From: Eledone cirrhosa
Lineage: Eukaryota
Assembly: GCA_964016885.1 (NCBI GenBank)
Contig: OZ024741.1
Location: 6,138,001-6,202,000, forward strand
Length of the DNA: 64,000 bases
Reading direction: 5' to 3'
Made by a program: the position numbers and the translations under genes
The notes under the pieces: model-generated
Told to the model about the DNA's origin: nothing
What the model saw: only the letters and a program-made list of their open reading frames with translations
The model's database searches: none
Part shown: positions 14,105 to 23,526 of the stretch, in pieces
How the letters are laid out: each line of letters opens with the position of its first letter
Numbering within the stretch: the stretch's first letter is position 1

Positions 14105-14373
14105 GTGGTGGTGGTGGTGGTAGTGATGGTAGTGGTGGTGGTAGTGATGGTAGTGGTGGTGGTAGTGGTGGTGGTGGTGCTGGTGGTAGTGGTGGTGGTG
14201 GTGGTTCTGGTGGTGGTTCTGGTGGTGGTGGTGGTGGTGGTGATGGTAGTGGTGGTGGCAGTGGTGGTGGTGGTGGTGGTTCTGGTGGTGGTGGTGGTAG
14301 TGGTGGTGGTGGTTCTGGTGGTGCTGGTGGTGGTGGTGTTGGTGGTGGTGGCGGTGGTGGTGGTGTTGGTGGT
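14105..14373. repeat. Imperfect (GGT)n microsatellite
   Basis: Source of the poly-V, poly-P and poly-T ORFs. Confidence 0.95.
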
Positions 14374-14726
14374 GAGGAGGAGAAGGATGTCATAACCAGT
14401 TGTCTGGAGCAGGACAGACAAACCACCTGAAGTCACATGAGGGGCAGGTAAACACTTCCAGGAGTCCAACCTGTAATCAAATACCTACCTTTGAAAAATC
14501 AGGATTAATGAGGTAAATTAAGATGTCACAGAAGAAGATGAAGAAGTATGTGTGGTGGTATGACACACCTGTTGAGCCTGTGATAAAACCAGCTTTAACA
14601 CACCTTAGAACACATGACAAGACTCTCAGGTCTTCAATAATTGCCCCCCCCCCCCCTAATCTATCACCAGTGAAATTTTATTGTAAGTGATTCATATTGA
14701 TACAGCAGCTGGAGAATCTAATAATG

Positions 14727-14907
14727 ATTTCTAGCATAGGCACAAGGCCAGCAATTATCCCAGTGTATTACTGGTACTTTATTTTATTGACTCCCATAAG
14801 GATAAAAGGCAAAGTTAAACTCGGCGGAATTTGAACGCAGATCATAAAGGGCCATAACTCTATGCTGCAAAGCACGGCGTCTGACCATGTACCGATACTG
14901 CAAATCC
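14727..14907 (-). mobile_element. tRNA-derived SINE (family 2), diverged
   Basis: Reverse complement resembles 17108-17290 (GCAGTATCGGTA, GTTCAAATTCCGCCGAG, AAATAAAGTACCAGTAAT, AATTGCTGGCCTTGTGCC). Confidence 0.85.
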
Positions 14908-15420
14908 ATAATAATAATTTTATTTTACATTAAAAACATTATGACAAAAAAAGAACATTACAAGAAAACCCATATTTACGAAGGTAAATATACAATTACT
15001 GATTTCCCAAGCCACCTGTTTATATGGATCTAAGAAAATGCCCCCCCCCCCTTATTTGGGACCTAGGTGTACTCCATGACCCCACCCCTTGGGACCTAGG
15101 TGTACTCCAATAGTAAGAGAAAAGATATTTGAAGTAGAAAAAGAGGTGATACTTGAGAAGAAGTTTACAACCAACCTTAGATATATTTGTCTCTTCCAGA
15201 GATCCTGTCCCTCAGCAGTTGATGGGAAGACCCATATCTTCCTTTACAAAAAAAAGGTCAGGGAGAGCATCAGGAAAGACATGCAGTAATATAATTCTGC
15301 CTCAAAATCTCCAACTTATACTAGAATGGAACAAAAACAAAACAGCCATAGAAATGATGATGGTGATGATGATGATGTTGATAAGGGTGATGCGGCTGCC
15401 ACTGAAGATGATATGTGCGT

Positions 15421-15668
15421 CATCATCATCATCACCGTTTTACGTCCGTTCTTCCACGCTAGCATGGGTTAGACAAGTTGTCCTGTTGTGGCCAGTGTCC
15501 AGCCGGGTGACTTTGTCCTGCTCATACGGGAACTGATTCTGGCTTGATTTCTACAGCTGGATGCCCTTCCTAACACCAACCTCATTTACAGTGAGTGCTG
15601 GGTGCTTTTTTACCATGGCACCTCCACGTCCACTTTACAGTGTGAGAGGGTGGGGGCATATTGTCTAT
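15421..15668 (-). mobile_element. RTE subfamily A 3'UTR fragment
   Basis: Closely matches 13225-13520, with an internal deletion of repeated UTR blocks. Confidence 0.88.
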
Positions 15669-15690
15669 ATGTGTGTGTGTGTATAAAATT

Positions 15691-15763
15691 TTCGTTTCTG
15701 ATGAACGATTCCAGATGTCTCTATTGAACTCGCCTGTCTTCGTGAAACCTTTGGTAAATGGAA
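15691..15763 (+). ncRNA. Type I hammerhead-like motif with imperfect stem I
   Basis: CTGATGA; stem II ACGA/TCGT with a long loop; GAAA; stem III CC-ttt-GG; GUA triplet. Stem I TTCGTTT/AATGGAA pairs only partly. Confidence 0.55.
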
Positions 15764-16299
15764 TAATTGTATTGTGTTGTTTATTACATAATTAAATAGC
15801 TCTGTAGTATACATAGAGCACTCTCCCTCCCTTTACCCTTTCTACGGAAATACTTCATATATATGTGTATATATATATATATGTGTATATATACATATAT
15901 ATGTGTATATATAAATATGCAGCCTCTATAGCTTTGTAGTAGTTAGCAGCAATTCACACTGACTAGAGGAAACATAATAGTACCACTGAGGATGTCACAG
16001 GTGTGTGATGAAAAACTATATATATATTTATATCTGTATTTTTAACCATCGGTCAATCAATGAGAAACATTGATTGCCACATAAATTAACTATGGAGATA
16101 TAAAAGATACAGAAGTGAAAACCAACCAAACAGTGAGTGTGTTCTGTTATTATTTCTGGCAATATTAGTACAATATGACCCTCCCCAAGTATAACAATAT
16201 ATATATATATGTGTCTGTAAAAAGTAAACAGAAATAACAACACAATCGGTACAGTATATGGAAGGGATATATTAGGTTAACGCTTGATATAGCAGGAAG

Positions 16300-16340
16300 A
16301 GGGCCGTAACGTTTCGGACGCTGATCCTTCATCAGAAGAA
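16300..16340 (-). ncRNA. Degenerate hammerhead core (Penelope terminal-repeat style)
   Basis: Minus strand reads CTGATGAaGGAtcagcgTCCGAAAcgtTA with palindromic AACGTT. No stem I pairing found. Confidence 0.4.
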
Positions 16341-16490
16341 AGAATGAGAAACAAGATAGATTGAGGGGACGGACAGGATGGAATTGGAAAAAATGTCTTT
16401 AGATAAAAATTACAGGTCCATTCATGTTGACATCTCATATATACTAACATGGGAAAATGGCCATTAAACGGTGATGATATATATATATAA

Positions 16491-16544
16491 ACTCTTTTAC
16501 TCTTTTACCTGTTCCAGCCCTCCGGCTGGGGCCATGCTGGGGCA
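16491..16544 (-). mobile_element. Probable 3' tail of another retroposon, ending (GTAAAAGA)2
   Basis: Small hairpin CCAGCC/GGCTGG next to a short tandem tail, flanked by TA/CA runs. The assignment is inference. Confidence 0.45.
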
Positions 16545-16726
16545 CACACACACATATATATATATATACACACATTTTTATATATACACACACATGTATA
16601 TATATAGAATCAAAGTGGACAATGAAGATGAGATAATGAGGTAAAGTGGTTCAGAGTTTCTAATAATAGATAACGAGTGTCTATAGATAACAATTTATAG
16701 GGATCCTTATCTTAATGAGTCTGTCG

Positions 16727-16960
16727 GTGTGTGTGTATATATATATGTATGTCTGTGTATGTGTATATATGTATGTATGTATGTATATGCGTGTGTATAT
16801 ATATATATATATGTGTGCATGTGTGTGTACGTACATATGTATGTATGTGTGTGTATGTATGTATATATATGGGGGCAGATGTATGTGTGTGTATGTATAT
16901 GTATGTATATATATGGGGCAGATGTATGTGTATAAAGGAGAGAGAGAGAGAGAGAGAGAG
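16727..16960. repeat. Compound (TG)/(TA)/(TATG)/(GA) microsatellite
   Basis: Visible runs; explains the low-complexity ORFs. Confidence 0.92.
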
Positions 16961-17107
16961 TTGTATAGTTCATGGTCCAAAACTATTTATCATAATATCT
17001 AGAATAACTGATTCTTCTAGGGGAGACTTGAAAAAGGGGGAGGAATAATCACATGGATAGCTCGTGTCCTGTTATCAACACTAATACATTATTTCTATAG
17101 ACAAAAG

Positions 17108-17290
17108 GGCGGTGAATTGGCAGTATCGGTAGAGGGTCAGACATGCTTTCCAGCGTAGTTATGTCCCTTTACGCTCTGAGTTCAAATCCCCCCGAGGTTA
17201 ACTTTTCCTTTCATTCTTACAGGGTCGATAAAATAAAGTACCAGTAATTATACTGGGTAATTGCTGGCCTTGTGCCAAAAAGTAGAAACA
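17108..17290 (+). mobile_element. tRNA-derived SINE (family 2), 183 bp, with a 20-bp target-site duplication
   Basis: A box TGGCAGTATCGG and B box GAGTTCAAATCC. ATTATTTCTATAGACAAAAG flanks it at 17088-17107 and 17291-17310. The empty site is at ~11983-12002. Confidence 0.93.
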
Positions 17291-17417
17291 ATTATTTCTA
17301 TAGACAAAAGACTTCACTGACAATAGCCCAGTCCACCTAGCTGTAAGTAGGTACCATACATGTGACAGCACTGTAAAACTGACAAGAGGGTAACTTAGTT
17401 TCCAATAGTGAGTTATA

Positions 17418-17470
17418 TTATTATGATAGGAGAAACTACTAGATCTAGACTACCATCTAATTCTGGGGAG
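17418..17470 (+). repeat. 53-bp dispersed direct repeat, copy 4
   Basis: Same unit, GGAGAAACT variant like copy 1. Confidence 0.95.
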
Positions 17471-17604
17471 ACTGGAATATATATATATTTTCGATGTGCC
17501 CGGTCGACTGAACTCACTCGATATGCAAATTAGGCTGCTCAGCCGTTAATATGCATAAGGAAAGTATATACTTTCAGATGTTCAACCATCTGGCAGGAAG
17601 GTAT

Positions 17605-17647
17605 ACGATGCTGACGATAGCTAATAAGCTTGAAACTTGTACATCGT
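17605..17647 (+). ncRNA. Minimal type I hammerhead ribozyme motif in a ~285-bp hairpin-rich insert
   Basis: Stem I ACGATG/CATCGT; CTGACGA; stem II t-AGCT-aata-AGCT-t; GAAA; stem III C-tt-G; GUA triplet. Confidence 0.78.
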
Positions 17648-17927
17648 TCCTGTGTCAGTGTTGAACAAAAAGGTGACGTGGTTGCCTAAACACTGTACAG
17701 CGTAATTCGGGCTGTTTGTTTGTTTACAAACAAACAAACCGAGCATTATAATAAATGTTCGGTAAACCGATACGTGCATATATATATGTGTGCATGTATG
17801 TATATATATACATACTACTGTACGTGTGTATATATATATGTATGTACGTATACATACATGCATACTTACATTTAAATAAGTGCCGTACTAAGAGTGAGAA
17901 ATGAAATTTCGTTTCATTCTATTCCAT

Positions 17928-18820
17928 ATCATCATCATCATCATCATCATCATCATCGTTTAACGTCCATCTTCCACGCTAGCTTGGGTTTGGACGGGAA
18001 TTTTCCCATTTGAGGCAAGATTGGTTGTCTTGCTCGTATAGGACTGTCTGGCGGGTTTTCTACAGCTGGATGCCCTTCCTAACACCAACCACGTTTACAG
18101 TGTGGACTGGGAGGTTTTTACCGTGTTACCTACATGGACACATTACAGCGTGGACTGTGTGTTTTTTTGTCATGACACCTACACGCCCTCATTTGTTTCG
18201 GACTGGATGCTGTGGTACCAACAAAACTTTACATTGGAAGGGGTGGTGTGGATGAGGTGGGGGTAGTGGGGCCGGGGTGTATTTTGTTAGAGGTGCCTAC
18301 TGGCTGTAGGTTTCGCTTTGTACTTAGGCAAGGCGGGTCTTCTGTATTACTGTGTATCACCAACGATCTCGGTCCAGTGACATTGTCTTGGAGAGGTGTA
18401 AGTGTGTGAGGTCGGAATTTAGCAAGTCGTCCCAGGTTTTTCTGGGTCTGCCTACTCCTTGGCTACCGTCTATTTTATTGCCCTGCACTTTTTTATACAG
18501 CTGTCGTCTTTCATGCGCATCACGTGACCGTACCAACGTAGTCTTCTCTCGAGTAAACAGCATCTGATCCCTCTTATTCCTAATTTCTCCCTTAGTTCGT
18601 TTATGCTTTGCCGTTCACGTATATTACTATTACACATCCAGCGGAGCATGCAAGCTTCGTTCCTCTCCAGTCTGCGTATATCCTCTGCACACAATGCCCA
18701 GGTCTCACTGCCATGCAACATTGCTGTTCGTATGCAGGCATCATACAGCCTGCCTTTCATTTTTAGTGGGAACCCTTTAGCGGCCAATAGTGGTATAAGC
18801 TCTCTGAACTTTTTCCATCC
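17928..18820 (-). mobile_element. 5'-truncated RTE LINE, subfamily B, frameshifted
   Basis: ORFs 18470-18787 and 18357-18563 (KGRLYDACIRTAMLHGSETW; GRPRKTWDDLL), followed by 3'UTR and (GAT)n tail. Confidence 0.93.
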
Positions 18821-18860
18821 CTATATATATATATATATATTCCATCCATATATATATATA

Positions 18861-18913
18861 TTACTATGATAGGAAAAACTACTAGATCTAGACTACCATC
18901 TAATTCTGGGGAG
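18861..18913 (+). repeat. 53-bp dispersed direct repeat, copy 5
   Basis: Same unit. Confidence 0.95.
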
Positions 18914-18995
18914 ATATATATATATATATATAATAAACCTTTCAAGGATTTACACAAGTCCAGTCTCCTGTTATTTTATTATATATATATAATAA

Positions 18996-20955
18996 AGCGG
19001 CAGCGTAGTAAGTAAGGCAATCAGAGATATGAAGATGGGGAAGGCAACCGGTCCATCGGGTATAGCTGCCGAGATGCTGAAGGCATCTGGGTCTGTAGGT
19101 CACACTATAACCACACGTATCGTTAACCAGGTAATACTAGAAGGGGCCATACCAAAAGATTGGTGCAGTAGCATCATTGTCAACTGCTACAAAGGCAAAG
19201 GCGACGCACTAGATAGAGGAAACTATAGAGGTATAAAGTTGATGGACCAGGTCATGAAAGTAACAGAAAGAGTTATAGCACAGCTGATTAGGGACCGGGT
19301 GAATATAGACGAGATGCAATTTGGGTTTGTACGAGGAAGAGGCACCACTGATGCCCTCTTCCTTGTGAGGCAATTACAGGAAAAGTACCTAGCTAAAAGT
19401 AAGCCACTCTACTTGGCATTTGTTGACCTTGAGAAAGCCTTTGACAGAGTTCCACGTGCTGTAATCTGGTGGGCTCTTAGAAAACTAGGAGTAGATGAAT
19501 GGCTTGTGAAAGCGGTACAAGCCATGTATAGGGGAGCAGTCAGCAAAGTTAGGATTAGCAATGAGTATAGCGAGGAATTTAGCGTACAGGTTGGGGTCCA
19601 CCGGGGCTCTGTTCTTAGCCCTCTCCTGTTCATCATAGTCCTGCAGGCAATAACGGAGGAATTTAAGACCGGATGCCCATGGGATCTCCTGTATACTGAT
19701 GACCTCGCACTCATAGCTGAATCTATGATAGAACTAGAGAATAAATTCCAAACCTGGAAGCAGGGACTAGAGAGAAAGGGTCTCAAAGTCAACATGACAA
19801 AGACTAAGGTCCTTGTAAGTAGACGAGAAAACAGAACCCAGATCCCCTCAGGGAAATGGCCTTGCTCAGTATGTAGGAAAGGTGTAGGTAGGAACTCCAT
19901 TCTCTGCTCCAAATGCAAACAATGGGTACACAAGAGATGTAGCGGGATCTCAGGAAGCTTAATTAAGAATGTAGGATTCACATGCAGCAGCTGTGCTGAA
20001 ACAGCAAGCAGCAAACAGCCACAGGAAACAAGTACCACCAATCTCTGGGAGGGCCCTGTAGAAACAGTAGACAGCTTCTGCTACCTAGGTGACCGAATTA
20101 GCAACGGAGGTGGGTGTTCAGAAAGTACAATAACTAGGGTAAGAACGGAATGGAAGAAGTTTAGGGAACTACTACCACTGCTAGCTGCAAAAGGCTTCTC
20201 CCTCAGAATGAAAGGCAGACTGTATGATGCGTGTATCCGAACAGTGATGTTGCATGGTAGTGAGACCTGGGCGCTGAAGGTGGAAGACTTACATAGATTA
20301 GAGAGAAACGAAGCCTGCATGCTCCGATGGATGTGTAACAGTAATATACGTGAACGACAAAGCATAAATGAATTGAGAGAGAGACTGAGCATAAGAGGAA
20401 TCAAATGCTGTGTGCAGGAGAGGCGGTTGCGCTGGTATGGACATGTGATGCGTATGAAGGATGACAGCTGCATAAAAAGGTGCAGAGCACTAGAAGTTGA
20501 TGGAAACCGCGGAGTGGGGAGACCCAAGATGACCTGGGATGAGGTGATAAAAGCCGACCTTACCCAATTACACCTCTCAAAGACAATGACACACGACCGT
20601 GACTTCTGGCGTCACGCAGTAATACAGAGTACCCGACCTCCCATGGGTACATGCTGAAGCATATAAACAATATGCCCCCCCCCCCCCCCCCCCCACCGCA
20701 AGGTGGTCGTGGAGGTGCCACGGCAAAAAAGCACCCAGCCCACACTGTAAAGTGGACGTGTAGGCGCCACGAAAAAGCACCCAGCACTCACTGTAAATGA
20801 GGTTGGTGTTAGGAAGGGCATCCAGCTGTAGAAATCAAGCCAGATCAGTTCCTGAATGAGCAAGGCATGGTCAGCCGACCAGACACTGCACACAACTGGA
20901 CAACCCGTCTAACCCATGCTAGCGTGGAAGAACGGACGTAAAACGGTGATGATGA
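18996..20955 (+). mobile_element. 5'-truncated RTE-clade LINE, subfamily A
   Basis: RT ORF, then a 3'UTR with a poly-C run and a (GAT)n tail. The APE endonuclease is absent. TA-flanked. Confidence 0.95.
19029..20657 (+). CDS. Non-LTR reverse transcriptase (RTE type) with embedded PHD-like finger; N-terminally truncated, probably inactive
   Basis: Motifs GKATGPSGI, NYRGIKL, QFGF, FVDLEKAFD, GSVLSPLLF, LYTDD, FCYLG, RRLRWYGHV, GRPKMTW. The usual QG and YADD read RG and YTDD here. Confidence 0.85.
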   Translation: MKMGKATGPSGIAAEMLKASGSVGHTITTRIVNQVILEGAIPKDWCSSIIVNCYKGKGDALDRGNYRGIKLMDQVMKVTERVIAQLIRDRVNIDEMQFGFVRGRGTTDALFLVRQLQEKYLAKSKPLYLAFVDLEKAFDRVPRAVIWWALRKLGVDEWLVKAVQAMYRGAVSKVRISNEYSEEFSVQVGVHRGSVLSPLLFIIVLQAITEEFKTGCPWDLLYTDDLALIAESMIELENKFQTWKQGLERKGLKVNMTKTKVLVSRRENRTQIPSGKWPCSVCRKGVGRNSILCSKCKQWVHKRCSGISGSLIKNVGFTCSSCAETASSKQPQETSTTNLWEGPVETVDSFCYLGDRISNGGGCSESTITRVRTEWKKFRELLPLLAAKGFSLRMKGRLYDACIRTVMLHGSETWALKVEDLHRLERNEACMLRWMCNSNIRERQSINELRERLSIRGIKCCVQERRLRWYGHVMRMKDDSCIKRCRALEVDGNRGVGRPKMTWDEVIKADLTQLHLSKTMTHDRDFWRHAVIQSTRPPMGTC

Positions 20956-20994
20956 TATATATTTATATATATATATATAGTTTTAATATAGAAG

Positions 20995-21045
20995 AGCTTC
21001 TACAGGACTAGAACTGTTTCATTCGTGAGAAATCATCAGGAAGCT
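20995..21045 (-). ncRNA. Type I hammerhead ribozyme motif in a ~365-bp TA-flanked insert
   Basis: Minus strand: AGCTTC CTGATGA t-TTC-tcac-GAA-t GAAA CAG-ttctagtc-CTG TA GAAGCT. All three stems pair; GUA triplet. Confidence 0.82.
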
Positions 21046-21359
21046 AACTGTCCAAGTAAATATGGTGGTATTTATATCTTTTCTGATGGTATGAGAGTGT
21101 GGACAGTGGGATGGTGGAGGTCGTTGGTTGAAAAAGAAGGGAATTCTTTAAAAGCTAATTCTTTAAAGCTATAATTTATATTTAGAGTGACAAAGGCAGG
21201 AAGAATTCTATAAACAAGTTCAAAATAGAGTGCCACTCCTTATTTTTAAGTTTCTCTTAAGCTAACAATGCCTATTTCAGGTGTCTACAGGATGGGTGGA
21301 GGTCATGGTTGATGGGTTTAAAGAAAGGGGTTAGGGTTAGAGTTAATATATATATATAG

Positions 21360-21703
21360 AGAGGCACATGGCTTAGTGGTTAGAGCATTGGCCTTGCAAT
21401 CGAAAGGTTGTGAGTTCAATTCTCAGACCGGGTGATGTGTTGTTTCCTTGAGCAATACACTTTATTTCACATTGCTCCAGTTTACTCAGCTGTAGAAATG
21501 AGATGATAGGGACTGGGATCCCTATCATTCCACTGAAAAGTGGTCGTGGAGGTGCCACGGCAAAAAAGTACCCAGCACTCACTGTAAATGAGGTTGGTGT
21601 TAGGAAGGGCATCCAGCTGTAGAAATCAAGCCAGAATCAGTTCCCGTCCCACCCTTGCAAGCAGGAAAAAAGCGGACGTAAAATGAAATGATGAAATGAT
21701 GAT
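21360..21703 (+). mobile_element. tRNA-derived SINE (family 1) with RTE-derived tail
   Basis: A and B boxes. 21540-21645 matches the LINE 3'UTR at ~20703-20852. ATGA-type tail. Confidence 0.92.
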
Positions 21704-21710
21704 ATATATA

Positions 21711-21763
21711 TAACTGTGATAGGAAAAACTACTAGATCTAGACTACCATCTAATTCTGGGGAG
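21711..21763 (+). repeat. 53-bp dispersed direct repeat, copy 6
   Basis: Same unit. Confidence 0.95.
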
Positions 21764-21999
21764 ATATATATATATATATAGCAAGGTGTATTATTGGTTG
21801 TGTCAAACGGTCCAATAAAATTTTTGTTAGCAATATTAAGTTCTCCACGCTTTTGTATATCTCCAATTCCATTTATGGGAACAGCTAGATGATGTAAAAC
21901 GGAGTATTTGTATCAAAATAAAGAACCGAAGGCATGGTATAAATTTCCAATCATTTTAATCACGACACATGTTTCAATATTTTGATATATATATATATA

Positions 22000-22884
22000 C
22001 AGGGTGCGGACGATATTTGTTCGCAATTTTCAACTGCTAATTTTATGCAAATTTTTCTTACTTCCATTGATTGTTACTCTTGTCTTCATAAAAACAGTGA
22101 CTATATTCCCATTATTTATTTTCAGAATAATTGATTATGAATAATTTTGAACCTCCAAATTTGTGGAAGAGACACGGAGTTCTTCTTGGAATCCGCGCCG
22201 GGAGAACAAATAAGACCAGAAGATAAACTCCCAGAAGAACAGGTGGCTCGCTGTCTCATCCAAAGACGTGCCCAGAATCATGCAGACAAAGTTTCCAGCG
22301 ACAACATTGGTCTTAGGTGTCGTCAGCAGTCAAGGTGACGTCATGCCACCTCACTTCTTCCCTGAGGGCCTCAAGCTGAACACCGATGGCTACATCCGCG
22401 TTCTGAGCGAGGTAGTAAAGCCCTGGATCGACCAGGTAACTGCAGGTAGGCCGTACGTGTGGTAGCAAGACTCAGCGCCCTGCCATACCAGCCGAAAGAC
22501 CCAAGCCTGGCTGTCAGAGAACTTCGTCGACCGCACTTCACCTGACATCTGGCCTCCCAGCTCACCTGACTGCAACCCCCTCGACTTCTTTGTGTGGGGC
22601 GCAGTGGAACGAGACACCAACAGATCTAGCTGCAATACGAAAGACGATCTGAAGGCCAGGATCACAAGTGCCTTTAGGGGCCTAAGTCGGGGGACAGTAA
22701 CGAAGGCCTGTAATCGGTTCCGAGGCCGTCATCAAAGCCAATGGCGGGTTTGTCGAGTGAGATCGAAAGAAGAAGTCATGAAGACAAACTGACCCAAGAT
22801 TGATAAATAAATCTTAAAAAATAAAACTACTGTGTTATTTTTTCCTAGACAGTAATCTTGCGAACACATATCGTCCGCATCCTG
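22000..22884 (+). mobile_element. Internally deleted IS630-Tc1-mariner transposon, DD37D (maT) family
   Basis: 27-bp TIRs CAGGGTGCGGACGATATTTGTTCGCAA (2 mismatches between ends) with TA flanks. Transposase remnant W*QDSAPCH...WPPSSPDCNPLDFFVW has 37 residues between the 2nd and 3rd Asp. Confidence 0.92.
22268..22745 (+). pseudogene. maT transposase C-terminal remnant
   Basis: In-frame TAG at 22463-22465, a frameshift near the end, and no N-terminal DNA-binding domain. Confidence 0.85.
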
Positions 22885-22890
22885 TATATA

Positions 22891-22942
22891 TTACTGTGAT
22901 AGGAGAACTACTAGATCTAGACTACCATCTAATTCAGGGGAG
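22891..22942 (+). repeat. 53-bp dispersed direct repeat, copy 7 (1-nt deletion)
   Basis: Same unit, followed by ACTGGAAT and a long (TA)n. Confidence 0.93.
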
Positions 22943-22946
22943 ACTG

Positions 22947-23010
<64 letters not shown>

Positions 23011-23069
23011 GAAAAATGGTGTGCTGCGCTGTTGCAGATGGGATTCATATATATATATATATATATATA

Positions 23070-23122
23070 TTACTGTGATAGGAAAAACTACTAGATCTAG
23101 ACTACCATCTAATTCTGGGGAG
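23070..23122 (+). repeat. 53-bp dispersed direct repeat, copy 8
   Basis: Same unit, followed by ATTGGGAT and unique sequence. Confidence 0.95.
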
Positions 23123-23248
23123 ATTGGGATATATACTGTTTATATAGAATAACATTGAGAAAAATGGTGATGTTTATTCATAATAATTATTTCTATGGTT
23201 CCCTTATGCAATCCATGATGTAACATATGCCATTTGTTGTTGTTATAG

Positions 23249-23293
23249 GAACAGTATCTTCAGATGAAAATCTGCTTTTGTGATATGCCGCAG
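23249..23293 (+). CDS. Candidate 45-bp internal exon of an unidentified host gene (EQYLQMKICFCDMPQ)
   Basis: T-rich acceptor TTTGTTGTTGTTATAG and donor CAG/GTAAAA. Only the phase 0-0 frame is open. It lies in non-repetitive sequence. No homology recognised. Confidence 0.35.
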
Positions 23294-23335
23294 GTAAAAA
23301 AACACATCCTTCTTCTCATGTGCCCAGCTGTTATT

Positions 23336-23375
<40 letters not shown>

Positions 23376-23487
23376 TAAGAGGAATTCCAACTTTGTCTGA
23401 TTTACTCGTTTTATTTACAATCCTTTAAAATATATAATGGTATTATAATGAAATAGTATGATAGAATATTAAATTCTAAGTGTTAAT

Positions 23488-23526
23488 TGAACAAGTACTT
23501 TCATGCTTTCGCAATCTTCAGGTTCA
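23488..23526 (-). ncRNA. Minimal hammerhead motif, inverted-arm copy
   Basis: Reverse complement of 24834-24872. Confidence 0.75.

Noticed and set aside
14001-14469. Poly-Pro/Thr/Val ORFs, plus the dinucleotide ORFs at 11520-11897 and 16681-17048
   Set aside because: Microsatellite translations.
15056-15109. 21-bp direct repeat TTGGGACCTAGGTGTACTCCA, two copies
   Set aside because: Simple local slippage duplication beside a C-run; only two copies.
15200-15256. 57-bp exon candidate after TTTGTCTCTTCCAG
   Set aside because: Weak donor (GTCAGG) and no recognisable peptide.
19409-20893. Antisense ORFs over the LINE
   Set aside because: Shadow frames of the RT ORF and its UTR.
21360-21435. tRNA gene (also 12530-12604 and 17108-17195)
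   Set aside because: A and B boxes are present, but the sequence runs into a SINE body and tail and lacks a convincing acceptor stem.
21781-21985. Possible further hammerhead insert (minus strand GAAACATGTGTC near 21964-21975)
   Set aside because: The CUGANGA half of the core is missing; at most a truncated terminal repeat.
12110-23122. CRISPR array or C/D snoRNA cluster call for the 53-bp repeats
   Set aside because: Eukaryotic context, no cas genes, and spacers of 0.1-3.6 kb. There is no proper RTGATGA box C or CTGA box D.
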